64,000 bases of DNA from contig NZ_JACUUD010000002.1 of the NCBI RefSeq assembly GCF_014859505.1, forward strand, positions 4,166 through 68,165. The letters run 5' to 3'. How positions within the stretch are numbered: position 1 is the first letter of the stretch; every line of letters begins with the position of its first letter. Shown piece after piece: positions 37,676 to 51,354 of this stretch. Under the pieces are notes generated by a model that worked only from the letters and a program-made list of their open reading frames with translations, was not told the DNA's origin and searched no databases. The stretch comes from Halomonas sp. Its GTDB lineage: Bacteria > Pseudomonadota > Gammaproteobacteria > Pseudomonadales > Halomonadaceae. Position numbers and translations under genes: made by a program.

Positions 37676-39653
37676 GGGTGTCATCCTCGAGCCGTTGGTT
37701 GGGGCCTCGGTACCTGGGTGGCAGCAGTTCTTCGAAGGGCATCAACGCCCGCTGCAGCTCGACACGGTCCGCATCGGCATGTTCCGCCTGAACGCGCTCG
37801 ACCTCGGCCGCGCGTTCCGGGGTGTCGGGGTGATCGATGTGATTGCGGACCCCATAGCCGCGGAATCCCGGCGGCATCTCCATGCCCATCACATCGATGG
37901 CCTCGTAATCCAGGTGCGGCAGGCTGTCGGCCTCGTCGGGCCAGGTCGCCAGGGTCCGCTTCAGCCAATCGCGATCGTTGCGCTGCGGGTAGTCCTCACG
38001 GAAGTGGGCGCCGCGACTCTCCTTGCGCTCCCGCGCCCCCAGGGCCACGCAGAGCGCCACCTTGAGCATCTTCGGCAGGCGATAGGCCGCCACCAGCTCC
38101 GGGTTGGCACCAGGCTCCTGCGAGGCCACCCCGATATGGCGGCTCTTCTCCAGCAGCTGCTCGAGCTCGTCCACGGCCTCGGCGAGTTCGTCACCGGTGC
38201 GGAAGATGCCCACCTTGTCGATCATGATCTCTTCCATGCGCTTGCGGATGGCCACGACACTCTCGGTGCCTGACGTCTTCATCAGCGCATCCAGCTTGCC
38301 CTGCTCGCGACCCAGAAAGTCGCGGACCAGGCTGGTGGAGATATCGATGTCGCTGGCAGACGAGGCACAGAAATCGGCGATGAATTCCGCAACGATCATG
38401 CCCGCGACCACCGTCTCTGCGACTGAGTTGCCCCCCAGGCGGTTGAAGCCGTGCATGTCCCAGCAGGCGGATTCCCCGCAGGCAAACAGCCCCTTGAGGG
38501 TCTGGCTTTGGCCGGTATGGTCGGTGCGGATCCCGCCCATGGAGTAATGCTGGGTGGGCCGAACCGGGATCCAGTCCACGGCGGGGTCGATGCCCAGGAA
38601 GTAGCGGCAGATGTCGGTGACCTCACGCAGATTCTTCTCCACATGGGCACGACCGAGCACGGTGATGTCCAGCCAGAGATGGTCGCCGTAGGGCGACTTG
38701 ACCCCCTTGCCCTTGCGGATGTGCTCGGTCATGCGCCGCGACACCACGTCCCGCGAGGCCAGCTCCTTCTTTTCGGGCTCGTAGTCGGGCATGAAGCGAT
38801 AGCCGTCCACGTCGCGCAGGATGCCACCGTCGCCGCGGCAGCCTTCGGTGGTAAGGATACCCGCGGGAACGATGGCGGTGGGATGGAACTGGACCGCCTC
38901 CATGTTGCCGAGGGCCGCTCGGCCGGTTTCCAGTGCCAGGGCCACGCCGGTGCCCTCGCAGATGATGCCGTTGGTCGAGACCTTGTAGATACGCCCGTAT
39001 CCGCCGGTAGCGATGACGGTGGCCCGGGAAACGAAGGCGGTGAGCTCGCCGGTGATCAGGTCGCGGACGATGGCGCCATAGCAGCGGCCGGCGTCATGGA
39101 TCAGCGCCAGGGCCTCCATCCGCTCCATCACCGGAATGCCATTGGCGACGGTCTGATCCCCCAGGGTGAACAGCATGGCATGGCCGGTACCATCGGAGGT
39201 GTAGCAGGTCCGCCATTTCTTGGTGCCACCGAAATCCCGGGCGGTGATCAGGCCGTGGGCGGCCTCGCTCTCGGTGATCACCACCCGCTCGGCATTGATC
39301 ACGCTCTCGCGGTCGCCCTTCTGTACGCGGTTCCAGGGCACTCCCCAGCCGGCCAGTTCGCGGATCGCCTTGGGCGCGACATGGGTGAACATCCGCACGA
39401 CTTGCTGATCGGCTCCCCAGTCGCTGCCACGCACCGTGTCACCGAAATGCACATCCTCATTGTCGCCCCTGCCCATGGCGTTGCTGCCGAGGCTCGCCTG
39501 CATGCCCCCCTGGGCCGCGGCCGAGTGCGAGCGTTTGGCCGGCACCAGGCTGAGCACGATCACATCCTGGCCACGCTGCTTGACGCCGATGGCGGTGCGC
39601 ATTCCCGCCAGGCCACCGCCGATGACGAGGACATCGGTATAGACCAGCTTCAT
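37665..39653 (-). CDS. frdA: Fumarate reductase flavoprotein, Wolinella/Campylobacter type
   Basis: Start [17 protein letters not shown]; SHSAAAQGG (covalent FAD His), [35 protein letters not shown]. Confidence 0.93.
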   Translation of the reverse strand: MKLVYTDVLVIGGGLAGMRTAIGVKQRGQDVIVLSLVPAKRSHSAAAQGGMQASLGSNAMGRGDNEDVHFGDTVRGSDWGADQQVVRMFTHVAPKAIRELAGWGVPWNRVQKGDRESVINAERVVITESEAAHGLITARDFGGTKKWRTCYTSDGTGHAMLFTLGDQTVANGIPVMERMEALALIHDAGRCYGAIVRDLITGELTAFVSRATVIATGGYGRIYKVSTNGIICEGTGVALALETGRAALGNMEAVQFHPTAIVPAGILTTEGCRGDGGILRDVDGYRFMPDYEPEKKELASRDVVSRRMTEHIRKGKGVKSPYGDHLWLDITVLGRAHVEKNLREVTDICRYFLGIDPAVDWIPVRPTQHYSMGGIRTDHTGQSQTLKGLFACGESACWDMHGFNRLGGNSVAETVVAGMIVAEFIADFCASSASDIDISTSLVRDFLGREQGKLDALMKTSGTESVVAIRKRMEEIMIDKVGIFRTGDELAEAVDELEQLLEKSRHIGVASQEPGANPELVAAYRLPKMLKVALCVALGARERKESRGAHFREDYPQRNDRDWLKRTLATWPDEADSLPHLDYEAIDVMGMEMPPGFRGYGVRNHIDHPDTPERAAEVERVQAEHADADRVELQRALMPFEELLPPRYRGPNQRLEDDTHEH

Positions 39654-40426
39654 GACAATTCTCCGAGGGGGGGGACAGGCAGCATCGGGTGCTCCGCCGG
39701 CACTGATGACGCCCATGACAAGACCGGCTGCCCAAAGTGATCCTGCTGGGTCAGGCCGATCTTGATGAAGGCGGCCAGGGAGGCCAGCCCGAGCGCCAGG
39801 AAAAAGACCGTGACCCCCCACTTGGCACGCTTGAGCTTCCTGCGACTCTCGACGGGGTTGCTGCCGGTCAGAAAGCCCCACTTGACCGCCAGGCGGTAGA
39901 GGCCGATGGAACCGTGCAATTCCACGGCCAGCAGCAGCAGGAGGTACAGCGGCCACATCCATTCGGAGACCACCCGATTGGCCGAGCCATAGGCGCCGAT
40001 GGTGTCGGGGCGAGTCATCATGATGTAGAGATGAACCGACCCGAGAAAGAACATGGCGAATCCGGTGAAGACCTGGACGAACCAGAGCGTCGTATCCTCA
40101 TGCCCCATGCGCTTCATGTGATCATGGAAGGTGCGGTACTGGCGGTAGCTGGAGGGAAACTTGCGCAGCGCCAGAAGCGCATGCAGCACGAACAGCGCAA
40201 AGACTCCCATGGCCGCCATGGAGACAATGACGGGATAGGTCTGCTCGAAGATCAGCGAGCCCTCCATCCAGCCCGCTACCCGATCGAAGGCATCGGCGCC
40301 GAGCAGGATCGAAGCGACGAAGAACATGTGGAACCACATGAACAGCGCCAGCACAAGCCCGCTGAGGCTCTGCAACAGATCGAGCCGGGCAGGCATCCTG
40401 CTTTTCGCCTTCGTGATCGATTTCAT
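39650..40426 (-). CDS. frdC: Diheme cytochrome b anchor, Wolinella-type FrdC
   Basis: [12 protein letters not shown], four His (FMWFH, VLHAL, SVHL, VELHGS), [10 protein letters not shown]. Confidence 0.88.
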   Translation of the reverse strand: MKSITKAKSRMPARLDLLQSLSGLVLALFMWFHMFFVASILLGADAFDRVAGWMEGSLIFEQTYPVIVSMAAMGVFALFVLHALLALRKFPSSYRQYRTFHDHMKRMGHEDTTLWFVQVFTGFAMFFLGSVHLYIMMTRPDTIGAYGSANRVVSEWMWPLYLLLLLAVELHGSIGLYRLAVKWGFLTGSNPVESRRKLKRAKWGVTVFFLALGLASLAAFIKIGLTQQDHFGQPVLSWASSVPAEHPMLPVPPLGELS

Positions 40427-40482
40427 CTACCAGGCCTCACGGTGTTATTGATGACCGGACTTTTCCTCCGGAACGCCAACTC

Positions 40483-40524
40483 AAAATAACCCTTAAAGCT
40501 GGGTATCGGCTTGATATTGGTCAA
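40483..40524 (-). promoter_or_regulatory. FNR/ANR box with class II -10 for frdCAB
   Basis: TTGAT-ATTG-GTCAA at 40511-40524. Minus-strand TATTTT at 40483-40488 falls at -12..-7 if the box is at -41.5. Confidence 0.7.
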
Positions 40525-40621
40525 GTGTAGCCCAGGAAATACATGCGGTAGCGATGTCAAGGTGAATGCTGTCTCCATCCTCGACCGGACATGCAGCACC
40601 GATGTGGCGCGAGACCCGGGT

Positions 40622-41524
40622 TCAGGTCCTGCGCGGCTTGTTGCGCAAGGCCTCGAAGCCGATGATGACGTCCAGCAGCTCGGTGGTGATCTCATCCTGG
40701 CGCACCGACCTCAGTTGCCCCTTCACCTCGTCCAGGCGCTCGTCCACCGACTGCTCGGCCTGCTGCATCAGGGCCAGCCGTGCGGCATTCTCGGTGACCA
40801 TGGCCTCCGCCGAGGCGCGAAAGACACTGGCGAAGATATGGCTGCGCAACAGCGCGGCAAATAGCTCGGCGCTGGGCATCGAATAGTCGGGCAGGGAGCG
40901 GGATTGCCATGGCCGGTCGGCGAGTTCCGCCAGGAACGCCTGCCCGAGGGGCAGCAGCGGCACCACTACCGGTTCGTGCTGCCCGCGACCGGCGCGCCGG
41001 GTAAAGGCCAGCGCGACCTCCCGGTTGTGAGGCTCACCGAGCCCGATGTCGTCCAGCCGGGTGACGATGCTGCCCGCCAGGCGCCCGATGCCATCCGCCG
41101 AGGCCGGTGGCAGGAAAACGCTCTCGGGGCGGAGTCCCTGCCCCGCCAGGGCATCATTCATCTGGACGCCGACACACAGCACCCGAAGCGCACAGCCTTC
41201 GGGCGTCATCGGCGCGAGTTCCGCCTGCACCTTCTCGGCGAGCAGCTCGTTGTAGTTGCCGCACAGGCCATGGTCGGAGCCGAACACCACCGCGATGCTC
41301 TCGGTCGGTTCCGCTTGCGGCAAGGCGATGGGGCCGGTTCTGGCGACGAAGGCCCGGAGTCCGCTTCGCACCGTCCGATGATAGGCCTCGACGGACCTGG
41401 CGGCGCGCTCATAGGGCACGGCGTTGATGGCCGAGATGGTCTTCATGGTGTGCACGATCCCGCGGATGCTGGTCAGCGTATCAAGGCGGCGGGACAGGAC
41501 CTCAAGTGTCTGCGTCACGGCCAT
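40622..41524 (-). CDS. atpG: N-ATPase gamma subunit
   Basis: [42 protein letters not shown]. Confidence 0.9.
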   Translation of the reverse strand: MAVTQTLEVLSRRLDTLTSIRGIVHTMKTISAINAVPYERAARSVEAYHRTVRSGLRAFVARTGPIALPQAEPTESIAVVFGSDHGLCGNYNELLAEKVQAELAPMTPEGCALRVLCVGVQMNDALAGQGLRPESVFLPPASADGIGRLAGSIVTRLDDIGLGEPHNREVALAFTRRAGRGQHEPVVVPLLPLGQAFLAELADRPWQSRSLPDYSMPSAELFAALLRSHIFASVFRASAEAMVTENAARLALMQQAEQSVDERLDEVKGQLRSVRQDEITTELLDVIIGFEALRNKPRRT

Positions 41525-43034
41525 CCTCCGATATCCCCAGGGCGCTGCGGGCCACCGCGAGGATCGCGGCGCGATCCTCGTCGCCCAGGGGCTGGTTGTC
41601 TGCGATACGCGTCGCGACCCCTGCCAGGGCGTCGCCCACCGACGCCCTGGCCTGTGCCATGGCGGCCACCACCTGGGTCTCCGACAGCCCGTCGAACATG
41701 CCCTCCATCGCCGCCAGCAGCACCAGCAGCTGCTCCACCGCCGGCACCGGCTCCCGCTCGGGCTGTCGCAGTGCCGCCCGGACCGCCGCGCCCCGGCTCA
41801 GTCTCGCTCGGGTGGCATCATCCAGCCGGGTGCCGAAGCGGGCAAAGTCCTCCAATTCCTCGAACTGGGAGAGGGCGACGCGCAGGTTGCCGGCGACATC
41901 CCGGAACGCGCGATGCTGGGCCTTGCCGCCCACCCGCGACACCGACACCCCGAGGTCCACCGCCGGGAACTGGTTCTTGCGCACCAGCCGGGGCGACAGG
42001 TAGATCTGGCCGTCGGTGATCGAGATGAGGTTGGTCGGGATATAAGCCGACAGGTTTTCCGCCTGGGTCTCCACCACGGGCAGGGCGGTGATCGAACCGC
42101 CCCCGGCCTCCTCGGTGAACTGGCCGGCCCGCTCCAGCAGCCGGGCGTGCACGTAGAAGATGTCGCCGGGAAACGCCTCGCGCCCCGGCGGGCGCCGCAG
42201 CAGCAGCGAGAGTTCCCGATAGGAGCGGGCGTGGTGGGTGAGGTCGTCGAAGACGACCAGCACGTCCCGGGCCTGGTCGGCGAAGTACTCCGCCATCGTC
42301 ATCGCCGCATAGGGGGCGATATACGCGAGGCCCGGCGCGTCTTCATCGCCGGCGACCACCACGATGGTCTTCGCCAGCTGCCCGCTCTCCCTGAGCGTCT
42401 CGATGACCCTGGCCACCGCATCCCCGCGCTGGCCGATGGCGCAATAGATACTGAGGACCTCCGACCGGGCCTGGTTGAGGATGGTATCCACGGCGATGGA
42501 GGTCTTGCCGGTCTGCCGATCACCGATGATCAGCTCCCGCTGCCCCAGGCCGACCGGCACCGCGGCATCGATCGCCTTGAGGCCCGTCGCCAGCGGGCGA
42601 CTGACGGCCGCGCGGGCGAGGATGTCCGGCGCCCGGGCCTCCACCGGCCGCTCGGCCACGGCGGACACCTTGCCCCGGCCGTCCCGGGGCTGGCCGGTGG
42701 CATCGATCACGCGGCCGACCAGGCCCGGCCCCACCGGCACACTGATCACTTTGTGGGTGCGCCACACGTCCTCGCCGGCGCTCACCCGCTCCGACGGACC
42801 CAGCAGCACGACACCCAACCGGCCCGGCTCGAGGTCCAGCACCACGCCGCGAACCCCCGAGGCAAAGACCAGCAGCTCGTCCGCCAGGGCACGCCCCAGC
42901 CCGGATACCACGGCGATGCCATCCCCCACCGCCGCCACCGTGCCCACCTCGGCCAGCACCGGCGACGGGGGCGGACTATCCAGCAGGAGGTCGATGAAGT
43001 CCCGGGCGTCGGGCCGCCGCGATTCATCCACCAT
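41502..43034 (-). CDS. atpA: N-ATPase alpha subunit
   Basis: [46 protein letters not shown]. Confidence 0.95.
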   Translation of the reverse strand: MVDESRRPDARDFIDLLLDSPPPSPVLAEVGTVAAVGDGIAVVSGLGRALADELLVFASGVRGVVLDLEPGRLGVVLLGPSERVSAGEDVWRTHKVISVPVGPGLVGRVIDATGQPRDGRGKVSAVAERPVEARAPDILARAAVSRPLATGLKAIDAAVPVGLGQRELIIGDRQTGKTSIAVDTILNQARSEVLSIYCAIGQRGDAVARVIETLRESGQLAKTIVVVAGDEDAPGLAYIAPYAAMTMAEYFADQARDVLVVFDDLTHHARSYRELSLLLRRPPGREAFPGDIFYVHARLLERAGQFTEEAGGGSITALPVVETQAENLSAYIPTNLISITDGQIYLSPRLVRKNQFPAVDLGVSVSRVGGKAQHRAFRDVAGNLRVALSQFEELEDFARFGTRLDDATRARLSRGAAVRAALRQPEREPVPAVEQLLVLLAAMEGMFDGLSETQVVAAMAQARASVGDALAGVATRIADNQPLGDEDRAAILAVARSALGISEDGRDADT

Positions 43035-43794
43035 GATCGTTCACCCTGCCCGACACGCCGCTGGTCAGGCGCTCTTCCAGCAGGCCGACCAGTTCGTCGG
43101 TGTAGGTGTCCACCGTCCAGTCGAGCTGGATGCTGCCGATGCGCAGCACCAGCCCGGGGGACTGGTCGTCATCCGTGGCAAAGCGCACGGTAAGCCCGGG
43201 CAGCCGGGCCTGGAGTGCGGCCTTCACCTCCTGCCGAGCGCCCTCCGGCAGCGGGGCATGGGTGGTGACCACCGCTTCCTCGGCGTTGTCGGCCGCCGCG
43301 GCCAGCTCGTCCGACAGCGGCGCCAGCCGGCTGACCACATGCCGGGCGATGTGCTCCTCCAGGCGCTCGTCGGCCAGGTCGTGCAGCGCCCGGCCCGCCA
43401 GCTGGTAGAGCGTCTCGGCACTCGCCTTGTAGAGTTCCGTCGTGAAGCGCTCCCGTTCACGGGCCAGGTGCGCCTGCGTGTCCTGCCGCTCCTGCGCCAG
43501 CTTCTCGCGGGCCTCGGCCAGCAGGGCGTCCCGCTGCTGCTTCGCTTCCTCGTGTACCCGTTCCGTCAGGGCGGCCTGATCGGCCTGCAGCTGCTGTCTC
43601 TGGGCCACGAAGTCCGCCTCGGCGACGGCCGCCTTCTGCTGGGCGCGCGCCGCCTCCCCCATCCGTTCGGCAATCTCGGCCTCGCGGGAATCGATGCCCT
43701 TGAGGATCGGCTTGTAGAGAAAGCGCTTCAGCAGCCAGACCAGCACCAGGAAGTTGGCGATCTGTGCAAGGACCGTGACCCAGTCGATCGACAT
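43024..43794 (-). CDS. atpF: N-ATPase b subunit with a delta-like C-terminal extension
   Basis: [27 protein letters not shown], coiled coil; 256 aa; there is no separate atpH. Confidence 0.88.
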   Translation of the reverse strand: MSIDWVTVLAQIANFLVLVWLLKRFLYKPILKGIDSREAEIAERMGEAARAQQKAAVAEADFVAQRQQLQADQAALTERVHEEAKQQRDALLAEAREKLAQERQDTQAHLARERERFTTELYKASAETLYQLAGRALHDLADERLEEHIARHVVSRLAPLSDELAAAADNAEEAVVTTHAPLPEGARQEVKAALQARLPGLTVRFATDDDQSPGLVLRIGSIQLDWTVDTYTDELVGLLEERLTSGVSGRVNDHGG

Positions 43795-43797
43795 GGC

Positions 43798-44085
43798 TCA
43801 GCCTGCCGCCGGCTGGGTGGCTTGCAGGAAGGCGTCCATGAACGGATTGGCGAACAGCACGATCATCGCCACCACGAAACAGTAGATCGCGGTGGATTCG
43901 ATCATCGCCAGGCTGACGAACAGGGTCCGCGACAGGGTGGAGGCCGAGTCCGGCTGCTGGGCGATGGCGCTCAGGGCGGCGGCCGCGGCGCGCCCCTCCC
44001 CCAGCGCCGGGCCCAGCGCACCGAACGACACCGTCAATCCCGCAGTGAGGATGGAAATGGCTGCAATCATGGCTGCATCGGTCAT
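43798..44085 (-). CDS. atpE: N-ATPase c subunit
   Basis: GPALGEGRA (helix-1 Glu), AQQP loop, MIESTAIY. Confidence 0.93.
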   Translation of the reverse strand: MTDAAMIAAISILTAGLTVSFGALGPALGEGRAAAAALSAIAQQPDSASTLSRTLFVSLAMIESTAIYCFVVAMIVLFANPFMDAFLQATQPAAG

Positions 44086-44804
44086 CGGTCTTGCTCCTTA
44101 TGATGTTCACGTGCGCTGTCGAGATCCTGGCCGGGCTTGTTGATGACGGCCGTGGCCGACGAGATATAGACGGTCGCCAGGATGGCGAAGATGTAGGCCT
44201 GGATCAGGCCGGTCAGCAGCCCCAGCACGTCCATCACCACGGGAAAGAAGAACGGCGCCAGGCCCAGCAGGATCCCGGCGATCACCGCGCCGCTCATCAC
44301 GTTGCCGTAGAGGCGGATGGCCAGGGAGATGCCCCGGGAGAACTCACTGATGATGTTGAAGGGCAGCATGACGATGGAGGGCTGGATATAGGTCTTCAGG
44401 TAGCCGCCGATGCCCTGCCGGCTGATGCCGAAGAGCGGGACGGCGATCAGCACCGACAGGGCCAGGGCCGCGGTGGTCGACAGCGAGGCCGTGGGTGGCG
44501 AGAAGCCCGGCACGACCAGCAGCAGGTTCGACAGGGCGATGAACAGGAACAGCGTGCCCGAGAAGTAGAGGACATGGCGCGACGAATGCGGCGAGATCTC
44601 CTCGACCTGCCGCTGGATCCCGGTGACGATCACCTCCAGGGTCGTTCGCCAGCGATTCGGCGGCACGTCCGGCCGCAGTTTCCGGGTCACGAGCATCGAG
44701 GCGACGGTCAGCGCGGCCATGACGACCCAGGTATTGACCACGGTCTCGTTGATGCCGAGGCCCCAGAGCGTGAAGACCGTCGTCTCGTCGGGTGTCAGTT
44801 GCAT
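44082..44804 (-). CDS. atpB: N-ATPase a subunit
   Basis: PPTASLST, LPFNIISEFSR.ISLAIRLYGN, GLIQAYIF. Confidence 0.92.
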   Translation of the reverse strand: MQLTPDETTVFTLWGLGINETVVNTWVVMAALTVASMLVTRKLRPDVPPNRWRTTLEVIVTGIQRQVEEISPHSSRHVLYFSGTLFLFIALSNLLLVVPGFSPPTASLSTTAALALSVLIAVPLFGISRQGIGGYLKTYIQPSIVMLPFNIISEFSRGISLAIRLYGNVMSGAVIAGILLGLAPFFFPVVMDVLGLLTGLIQAYIFAILATVYISSATAVINKPGQDLDSAREHHKEQDR

Positions 44805-45097
44805 CCTGCCTCCTTTGGCCGGGGTAACCGCGCCACCAGGGTGGCGATGAAGCGCACCAGGAAGAAGGCGAGCGCATAGCCGGCGAACGCCCAGCCCAGG
44901 GTTCCCCCCTCGGTCACCAGCCACCCGGCCGACAGCAGCAGGCCGATACGCAGCGCGGCACTGGGCAGCAGGACCGAGACGGGCCGGGCCAGGCGCAGTG
45001 CCAGGCGGACACTCAGCGCCAGGCCCACGAAGTAGAGGATACTGACGGCGACACCGGTGCCGAAGCCGGTGACCAGGACATGCCAGTCAATCGTCAT
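44795..45097 (-). CDS. atpR: N-ATPase AtpR-like small membrane subunit
   Basis: About 100 aa with 3 hydrophobic helices, YFVGL and S..LR; located between atpQ and atpB. Confidence 0.75.
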   Translation of the reverse strand: MTIDWHVLVTGFGTGVAVSILYFVGLALSVRLALRLARPVSVLLPSAALRIGLLLSAGWLVTEGGTLGWAFAGYALAFFLVRFIATLVARLPRPKEAGCN

Positions 45098-45391
45098 GAT
45101 GCTCACTCCCGTTGTCCTTGACTTCCTTGCTGGCCCAGGCCCAGGCAATGAAGCTGCCCAGAGCCACGCCCCCCAGGATCAGGGCGAGGGTCCACTGAAA
45201 ATCCTGTGGCATGCGACGATCCAGCCACAATCCAAGAAAGGCGCCGCCCACCGTGGGCACCGCGACGGACCACCCGATCATGCCGAAGACCCCGAGCCCC
45301 CGCAGCGGGCTTGCTCCGGGGTCATCCCGTGCCCTCTTCAGGCGCCGGGCACGACGGCCGATGTCCTCCACCGGAGACTTCCGCCGCCGGG

Positions 45392-45395
<4 letters not shown>
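45087..45395 (-). CDS. atpQ: AtpQ (AtpZ/AtpI-like) membrane protein
   Basis: GVFGMIGWSVAVPT..GA..GLWLD, WTLALI. Confidence 0.82.
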
Positions 45396-47310
<1,915 letters not shown>

Positions 47311-47458
47311 TCAGACCTATGGCCGGGGGAGGCAGTCCGCGGGGCAAGGATCTGACGAGGGGGCCGCGCGAAAGCATGGCTTCCACGCGGAACAAGGTGT
47401 CAGGCGCCGGTCAGGAGACGTGGGCAACCGGCGGGGGGGAAGGGTAGTGCGTGACAGG

Positions 47459-49144
47459 TCACTCCGGCAGGTCGGTCACCGCCCCGGTGGAAGCGGAGCT
47501 GACGGTCCTCGCGTACTTGGCCAGCACGCCGCGGGTGTAGCGTGGCGCCGGCTGCTGCCAGGCAGCGCGGCGGCGCATCAGCTCCTCGTCGGAGAGATCG
47601 ACCACGATGGTATCGGCCTCGGCGTCGATGGTGATCACATCGCCATCCTCCACCAGCGCCAGGGGGCCGCCGTCGAAGGCCTCCGGCGTCACGTGGCCCA
47701 CCACGAAGCCGTGGCTGCCTCCGGAGAAGCGCCCGTCGGTGATCAGCGCCACCTCGCTGCCGAGCCCCCGGCCCATGATCGCCGAGGTCGGCGTGAGCAT
47801 CTCGCGCATGCCCGGCCCGCCCTTCGGGCCCTCATAGCGGATCACCACCACGTCCCCGGCCACCACGGTGCCATCGTTGATGCGCGCCTGGGCCTCCTCC
47901 TCGGAGCCGAACACCCTGGCGGTGCCGGAGAAGCGCGTGCCCTCCTTGCCGGTGATCTTGGCCACCGCCCCCTCGGGGGCCAGGTTGCCGTGCAGGATGC
48001 GCAGGTGGCTCTCCGCCTTGATGGGGCTGTCCAGCGCCGCGATGATCTTCTGATCCTCGGGGTAAGGCGCCACCTCGGCCAGGTTCTCGGCCAGGGTCTG
48101 CCCCGTCACCGTCAGGCAATCGCCATGCAGGAGGCCGGCGTCGAGCAGGAGCTTCATCAGCGGCTGGATGCCGCCGATAGCCACCAGCTCGCTCATCATG
48201 TAGTGGCCGCTGGGGCGCAGGTCGGCCAGCACCGGCACGCGCCTGCCGATGCGGGTGAAGTCCTCCAGGGAAAGCTCGACACCGATGGTGCTGGCCATGC
48301 CGATCAGGTGCAGCACCGCGTTGGTGGAACCGCCCAGCGCGATCACCACGGTGATGGCATTCTCGAAGGCCTCGCGGGTCATGATGTCCGAGGGCTTGAT
48401 GTCATGTTCGAGCAGCTTGAGCACCGCCGCGCCCGCCGCCTCGCAGTCATCGCGCTTGTCCCGGGAGACGGCGTTCTGCGCCGAGCTGCCCGGCAGGCTC
48501 ATGCCCAGCGCCTCGATGGCCGAGGCCATGGTGTTGGCGGTGTACATGCCGCCGCAGGAGCCCGGCCCGGGGATCGCCGTCTCCTCGATCTGCTTGAGCT
48601 CGATCAGGTCGATGTCGCCGCGGCTGTGGGCGCCCATGGCCTCGAACACCGAGACGATGTCGGTGTGGCCCTTGCCGGGCAGTATGGTGCCGCCGTAGAC
48701 GAAGACGCTGGGCCGGTTCAGCCGCGCCAGCCCCATCAGGCAGCCCGGCATGTTCTTGTCGCAGCCGCCGATGGCCACCAGGCCGTCGAAGCCCTCGCAG
48801 CCGGCCACCGTCTCGATGGAGTCGGCAATCACCTCCCGGGAGACCAGGGAGTACTTCATGCCCTCGGTGCCGTTGGCGATGCCGTCGGAGATGGTGATGG
48901 TGTTGAAGATCACCCCCTTGCCCCCGGCGGCGTCCGCGCCGTCGCTGGCGTGGCGGGCCAGCTCGTCGATATGGCTGTTGCAGGGGGTGAGGTTGCTCCA
49001 GGTGGAGGCGATGCCCACCTGGGGCTTACTGAAATCCTCGTCGGTGAAGCCGACCGCACGCAGCATGGCGCGGCTGGCCGCCTTGCCGGGGCCGTCCACC
49101 ACCGGGGCGGAGTGGCGGCGGGGATCCTTCGGGGTATCGCTCAT
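47459..49144 (-). CDS. ilvD: Dihydroxy-acid dehydratase
   Basis: [58 protein letters not shown]. Confidence 0.95.
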   Translation of the reverse strand: MSDTPKDPRRHSAPVVDGPGKAASRAMLRAVGFTDEDFSKPQVGIASTWSNLTPCNSHIDELARHASDGADAAGGKGVIFNTITISDGIANGTEGMKYSLVSREVIADSIETVAGCEGFDGLVAIGGCDKNMPGCLMGLARLNRPSVFVYGGTILPGKGHTDIVSVFEAMGAHSRGDIDLIELKQIEETAIPGPGSCGGMYTANTMASAIEALGMSLPGSSAQNAVSRDKRDDCEAAGAAVLKLLEHDIKPSDIMTREAFENAITVVIALGGSTNAVLHLIGMASTIGVELSLEDFTRIGRRVPVLADLRPSGHYMMSELVAIGGIQPLMKLLLDAGLLHGDCLTVTGQTLAENLAEVAPYPEDQKIIAALDSPIKAESHLRILHGNLAPEGAVAKITGKEGTRFSGTARVFGSEEEAQARINDGTVVAGDVVVIRYEGPKGGPGMREMLTPTSAIMGRGLGSEVALITDGRFSGGSHGFVVGHVTPEAFDGGPLALVEDGDVITIDAEADTIVVDLSDEELMRRRAAWQQPAPRYTRGVLAKYARTVSSASTGAVTDLPE

Positions 49145-49251
49145 GGCAGGGCTCCTGTGAAGATGGCGAGAACCTCAGAGGGTGGCCCGCATTTCCGGGC
49201 CTGACAACCGCTAAGGCACGAGATCACTTCAACCCATGCGAACCGGCCCGC

Positions 49252-49947
49252 TCAGCGTGGCATCACCGCATCGTGGAAGGCGCGCTCCTTCGCCACCGTC
49301 TCGCGAAAGCACTCGGCCATGCGGGCGAAGGCGCCCTCATCGAGCGTCTCCGCCTCCTCGTCCAGGCGGCGGCGCAGCCAGGCCACGAAGTCCTGGAAGG
49401 CCGGGTTGTCGTGCAGGTCGATCCACTCCCCCACTAGCGGGTGGAGGCCCTCGGTGCGGGTGATCCTCAGCGCCCACGCCAGATAGATCCACTCGGTGAC
49501 TACCAGGGCCGCGAGGATCTCCGCATAGCCGCCGGCGCGGCCGGTCTCGCGCAGCAGCGCCTGGAAGGCGCGGGTCTCGGGCAGGTAGTCCGGCGCCTCG
49601 CGTCGGGCGTCGGGCACCTCGAAGGCCTCGAAGGTGCGCTGGAAGGTGCTGTTCTCGTCGCTGGTCAGCATGCCCATGAACTGCCCCAGCACCACCCGGT
49701 CTTCCATGCTCGGCGCCCGGCCGATGGCGAAGCCGATCAGCGCGGTGAAGGGGTCCACGAAGCCGTAGTCCTGCACCATGTAGGCGGCGAAGTCGTCACC
49801 CGAAAGCCGCCCCTCGGCCATGGCATCGAACAGCGGATGGTTCACGGTGGCGGACCAGTCGGGCTCGCTGATCGCGCGCAGCCAGTCGGTGATGCGCGGT
49901 GCTTCCTGTGCCGTGGCCCAGGCGTTCCAGTCGGCGCGAGTGGTCAT
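49252..49947 (-). CDS. tenA: TenA-family thiamine-salvage protein, apparently lacking the catalytic Cys (TenA_E-like)
   Basis: HPLF, YMVQDY.F, AALVVTEWIY where B. subtilis TenA has LPCYW, EWIDLH, ERAFHD; under a TPP riboswitch. Confidence 0.8.
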   Translation of the reverse strand: MTTRADWNAWATAQEAPRITDWLRAISEPDWSATVNHPLFDAMAEGRLSGDDFAAYMVQDYGFVDPFTALIGFAIGRAPSMEDRVVLGQFMGMLTSDENSTFQRTFEAFEVPDARREAPDYLPETRAFQALLRETGRAGGYAEILAALVVTEWIYLAWALRITRTEGLHPLVGEWIDLHDNPAFQDFVAWLRRRLDEEAETLDEGAFARMAECFRETVAKERAFHDAVMPR

Positions 49948-51350
49948 CGGGCATCTCCGTCACTTGCCAGTTGGAATCTCGGCCCCGGACGCAGTCCGGC
50001 GATCAGCAGGCTGGCCAGGGTGGAGGCGAGCAGCGCCCCCAGGAAGGGCGGAAGCGTCGGGATGCTGTCCGGGAAGGTGGCGGCCAGCACCCCGGCGGAG
50101 AGGCTGCCCAGGGTGATCCAGCCCGGCAGCACCGCGCCGAGCAGGCCCGCCACGCCACCGGCCACCGCGGCGAGCGGCGACATGCGCCGCCACAGGCCCA
50201 GCAGCACCGGCACCACGATGGCGGCACACAGCAGGTCGGCGATCAGGAACAGGCGCAGCACCGAGAAACCCTGCAGGGCCACCCACACCACCGGCAGCAT
50301 CAGCGCCACCGTGACCAGGCGTGCGCCCCGCACCGAGAGTCCGCGCCGGCCGGCACTGGCCACCGCCATGGAAGCGATGGCGTTCTGCAGGGTGTCCACG
50401 CTGGAGGCCACCAGGGTCACCGCCAGCACCAGGGCCGGCAGGCCCAGCCAGGCCGGCGCCGCGGAGAGCAGCGCGAAGAAGGGAATCGGCGGCTCGCCCA
50501 GGGGCAGCGCGTGCATCGCCGCCAGCATGCCGAGCCCCCCGATGGCCATCACCACCAGCAGGCTGCTTGCCGCACCCAGCAGCGCCCCGCGGCCCAGGGC
50601 GCGGTCGTTCTGGGCGGCCCAGATGCGCTGCCAGTAGCCCTGGTGAAAGAGGTTGGCTGCGGTGACGGCGATCACCAGGGTGAGCGCCACGGAGAGCGCG
50701 CTGCCGGCAGGAATCGAGGGCATCACCGCCCCGGCCGGCATCGGCGGCAGCCACCACCAGGCCACGCCGCCCACCAGCACCAGCAGGGCCAGCAGCAGCC
50801 AGGCCTGCCAGCGGTCGGTGGCGAGGCTCGCCCGCAGCCCGCCCAGGGTGGTGTACACCAGGGTGACCACCGCCACCCCGAGGATCACCAGCGCCGGCGG
50901 CACGTCCGAGAGCAGCGCAGCGATGGCACCGATGGCGGTCAGCTCGGCGGCCAGGAAGATCGCCATGTAGGCCACCGAGACGAAGGAGACCCAGCGCCGC
51001 ACCCCGGCGCCGTAGCAAGACTCGGCGAACTCGCCGATGCTGCGCCCTTCCGGCAGGTAGCGGCGGATCGCCGGGCCGTAGAGCCCCAGCACGATGAAGG
51101 GCAGCGACGAGCCGATGGCGTAGCCGGCCAGCGCCACCGGCCCCACGAAGGCACCGATCTCCGGTGGCGCGAAGAGGATCCAGGCCCCCATGCTGGAGGC
51201 CAGGAACGACAGGCCGATGGCCTGGGCGCCCTGGGAGTTGCGAGCGGTGACGTAGTCATCTAGCAGGCCGTCGGCCCGGCGGGCTCGCAGGCCCAGGAAA
51301 GCAAAGCAGAGCAGCGCCGCGCCGAGCACGGCAGACGTCAGGTAGGGCAT
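49944..51350 (-). CDS. Sodium:solute symporter-family transporter (probable thiamine-precursor uptake)
   Basis: About 13 TM helices, SFLASSMGAWILF.P.E, YT..GGLRAS..TD..Q, WQRIWAA, SSVDT; first gene after the TPP riboswitch. Confidence 0.85.
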   Translation of the reverse strand: MPYLTSAVLGAALLCFAFLGLRARRADGLLDDYVTARNSQGAQAIGLSFLASSMGAWILFAPPEIGAFVGPVALAGYAIGSSLPFIVLGLYGPAIRRYLPEGRSIGEFAESCYGAGVRRWVSFVSVAYMAIFLAAELTAIGAIAALLSDVPPALVILGVAVVTLVYTTLGGLRASLATDRWQAWLLLALLVLVGGVAWWWLPPMPAGAVMPSIPAGSALSVALTLVIAVTAANLFHQGYWQRIWAAQNDRALGRGALLGAASSLLVVMAIGGLGMLAAMHALPLGEPPIPFFALLSAAPAWLGLPALVLAVTLVASSVDTLQNAIASMAVASAGRRGLSVRGARLVTVALMLPVVWVALQGFSVLRLFLIADLLCAAIVVPVLLGLWRRMSPLAAVAGGVAGLLGAVLPGWITLGSLSAGVLAATFPDSIPTLPPFLGALLASTLASLLIAGLRPGPRFQLASDGDAR

Positions 51351-51354
51351 GTCG

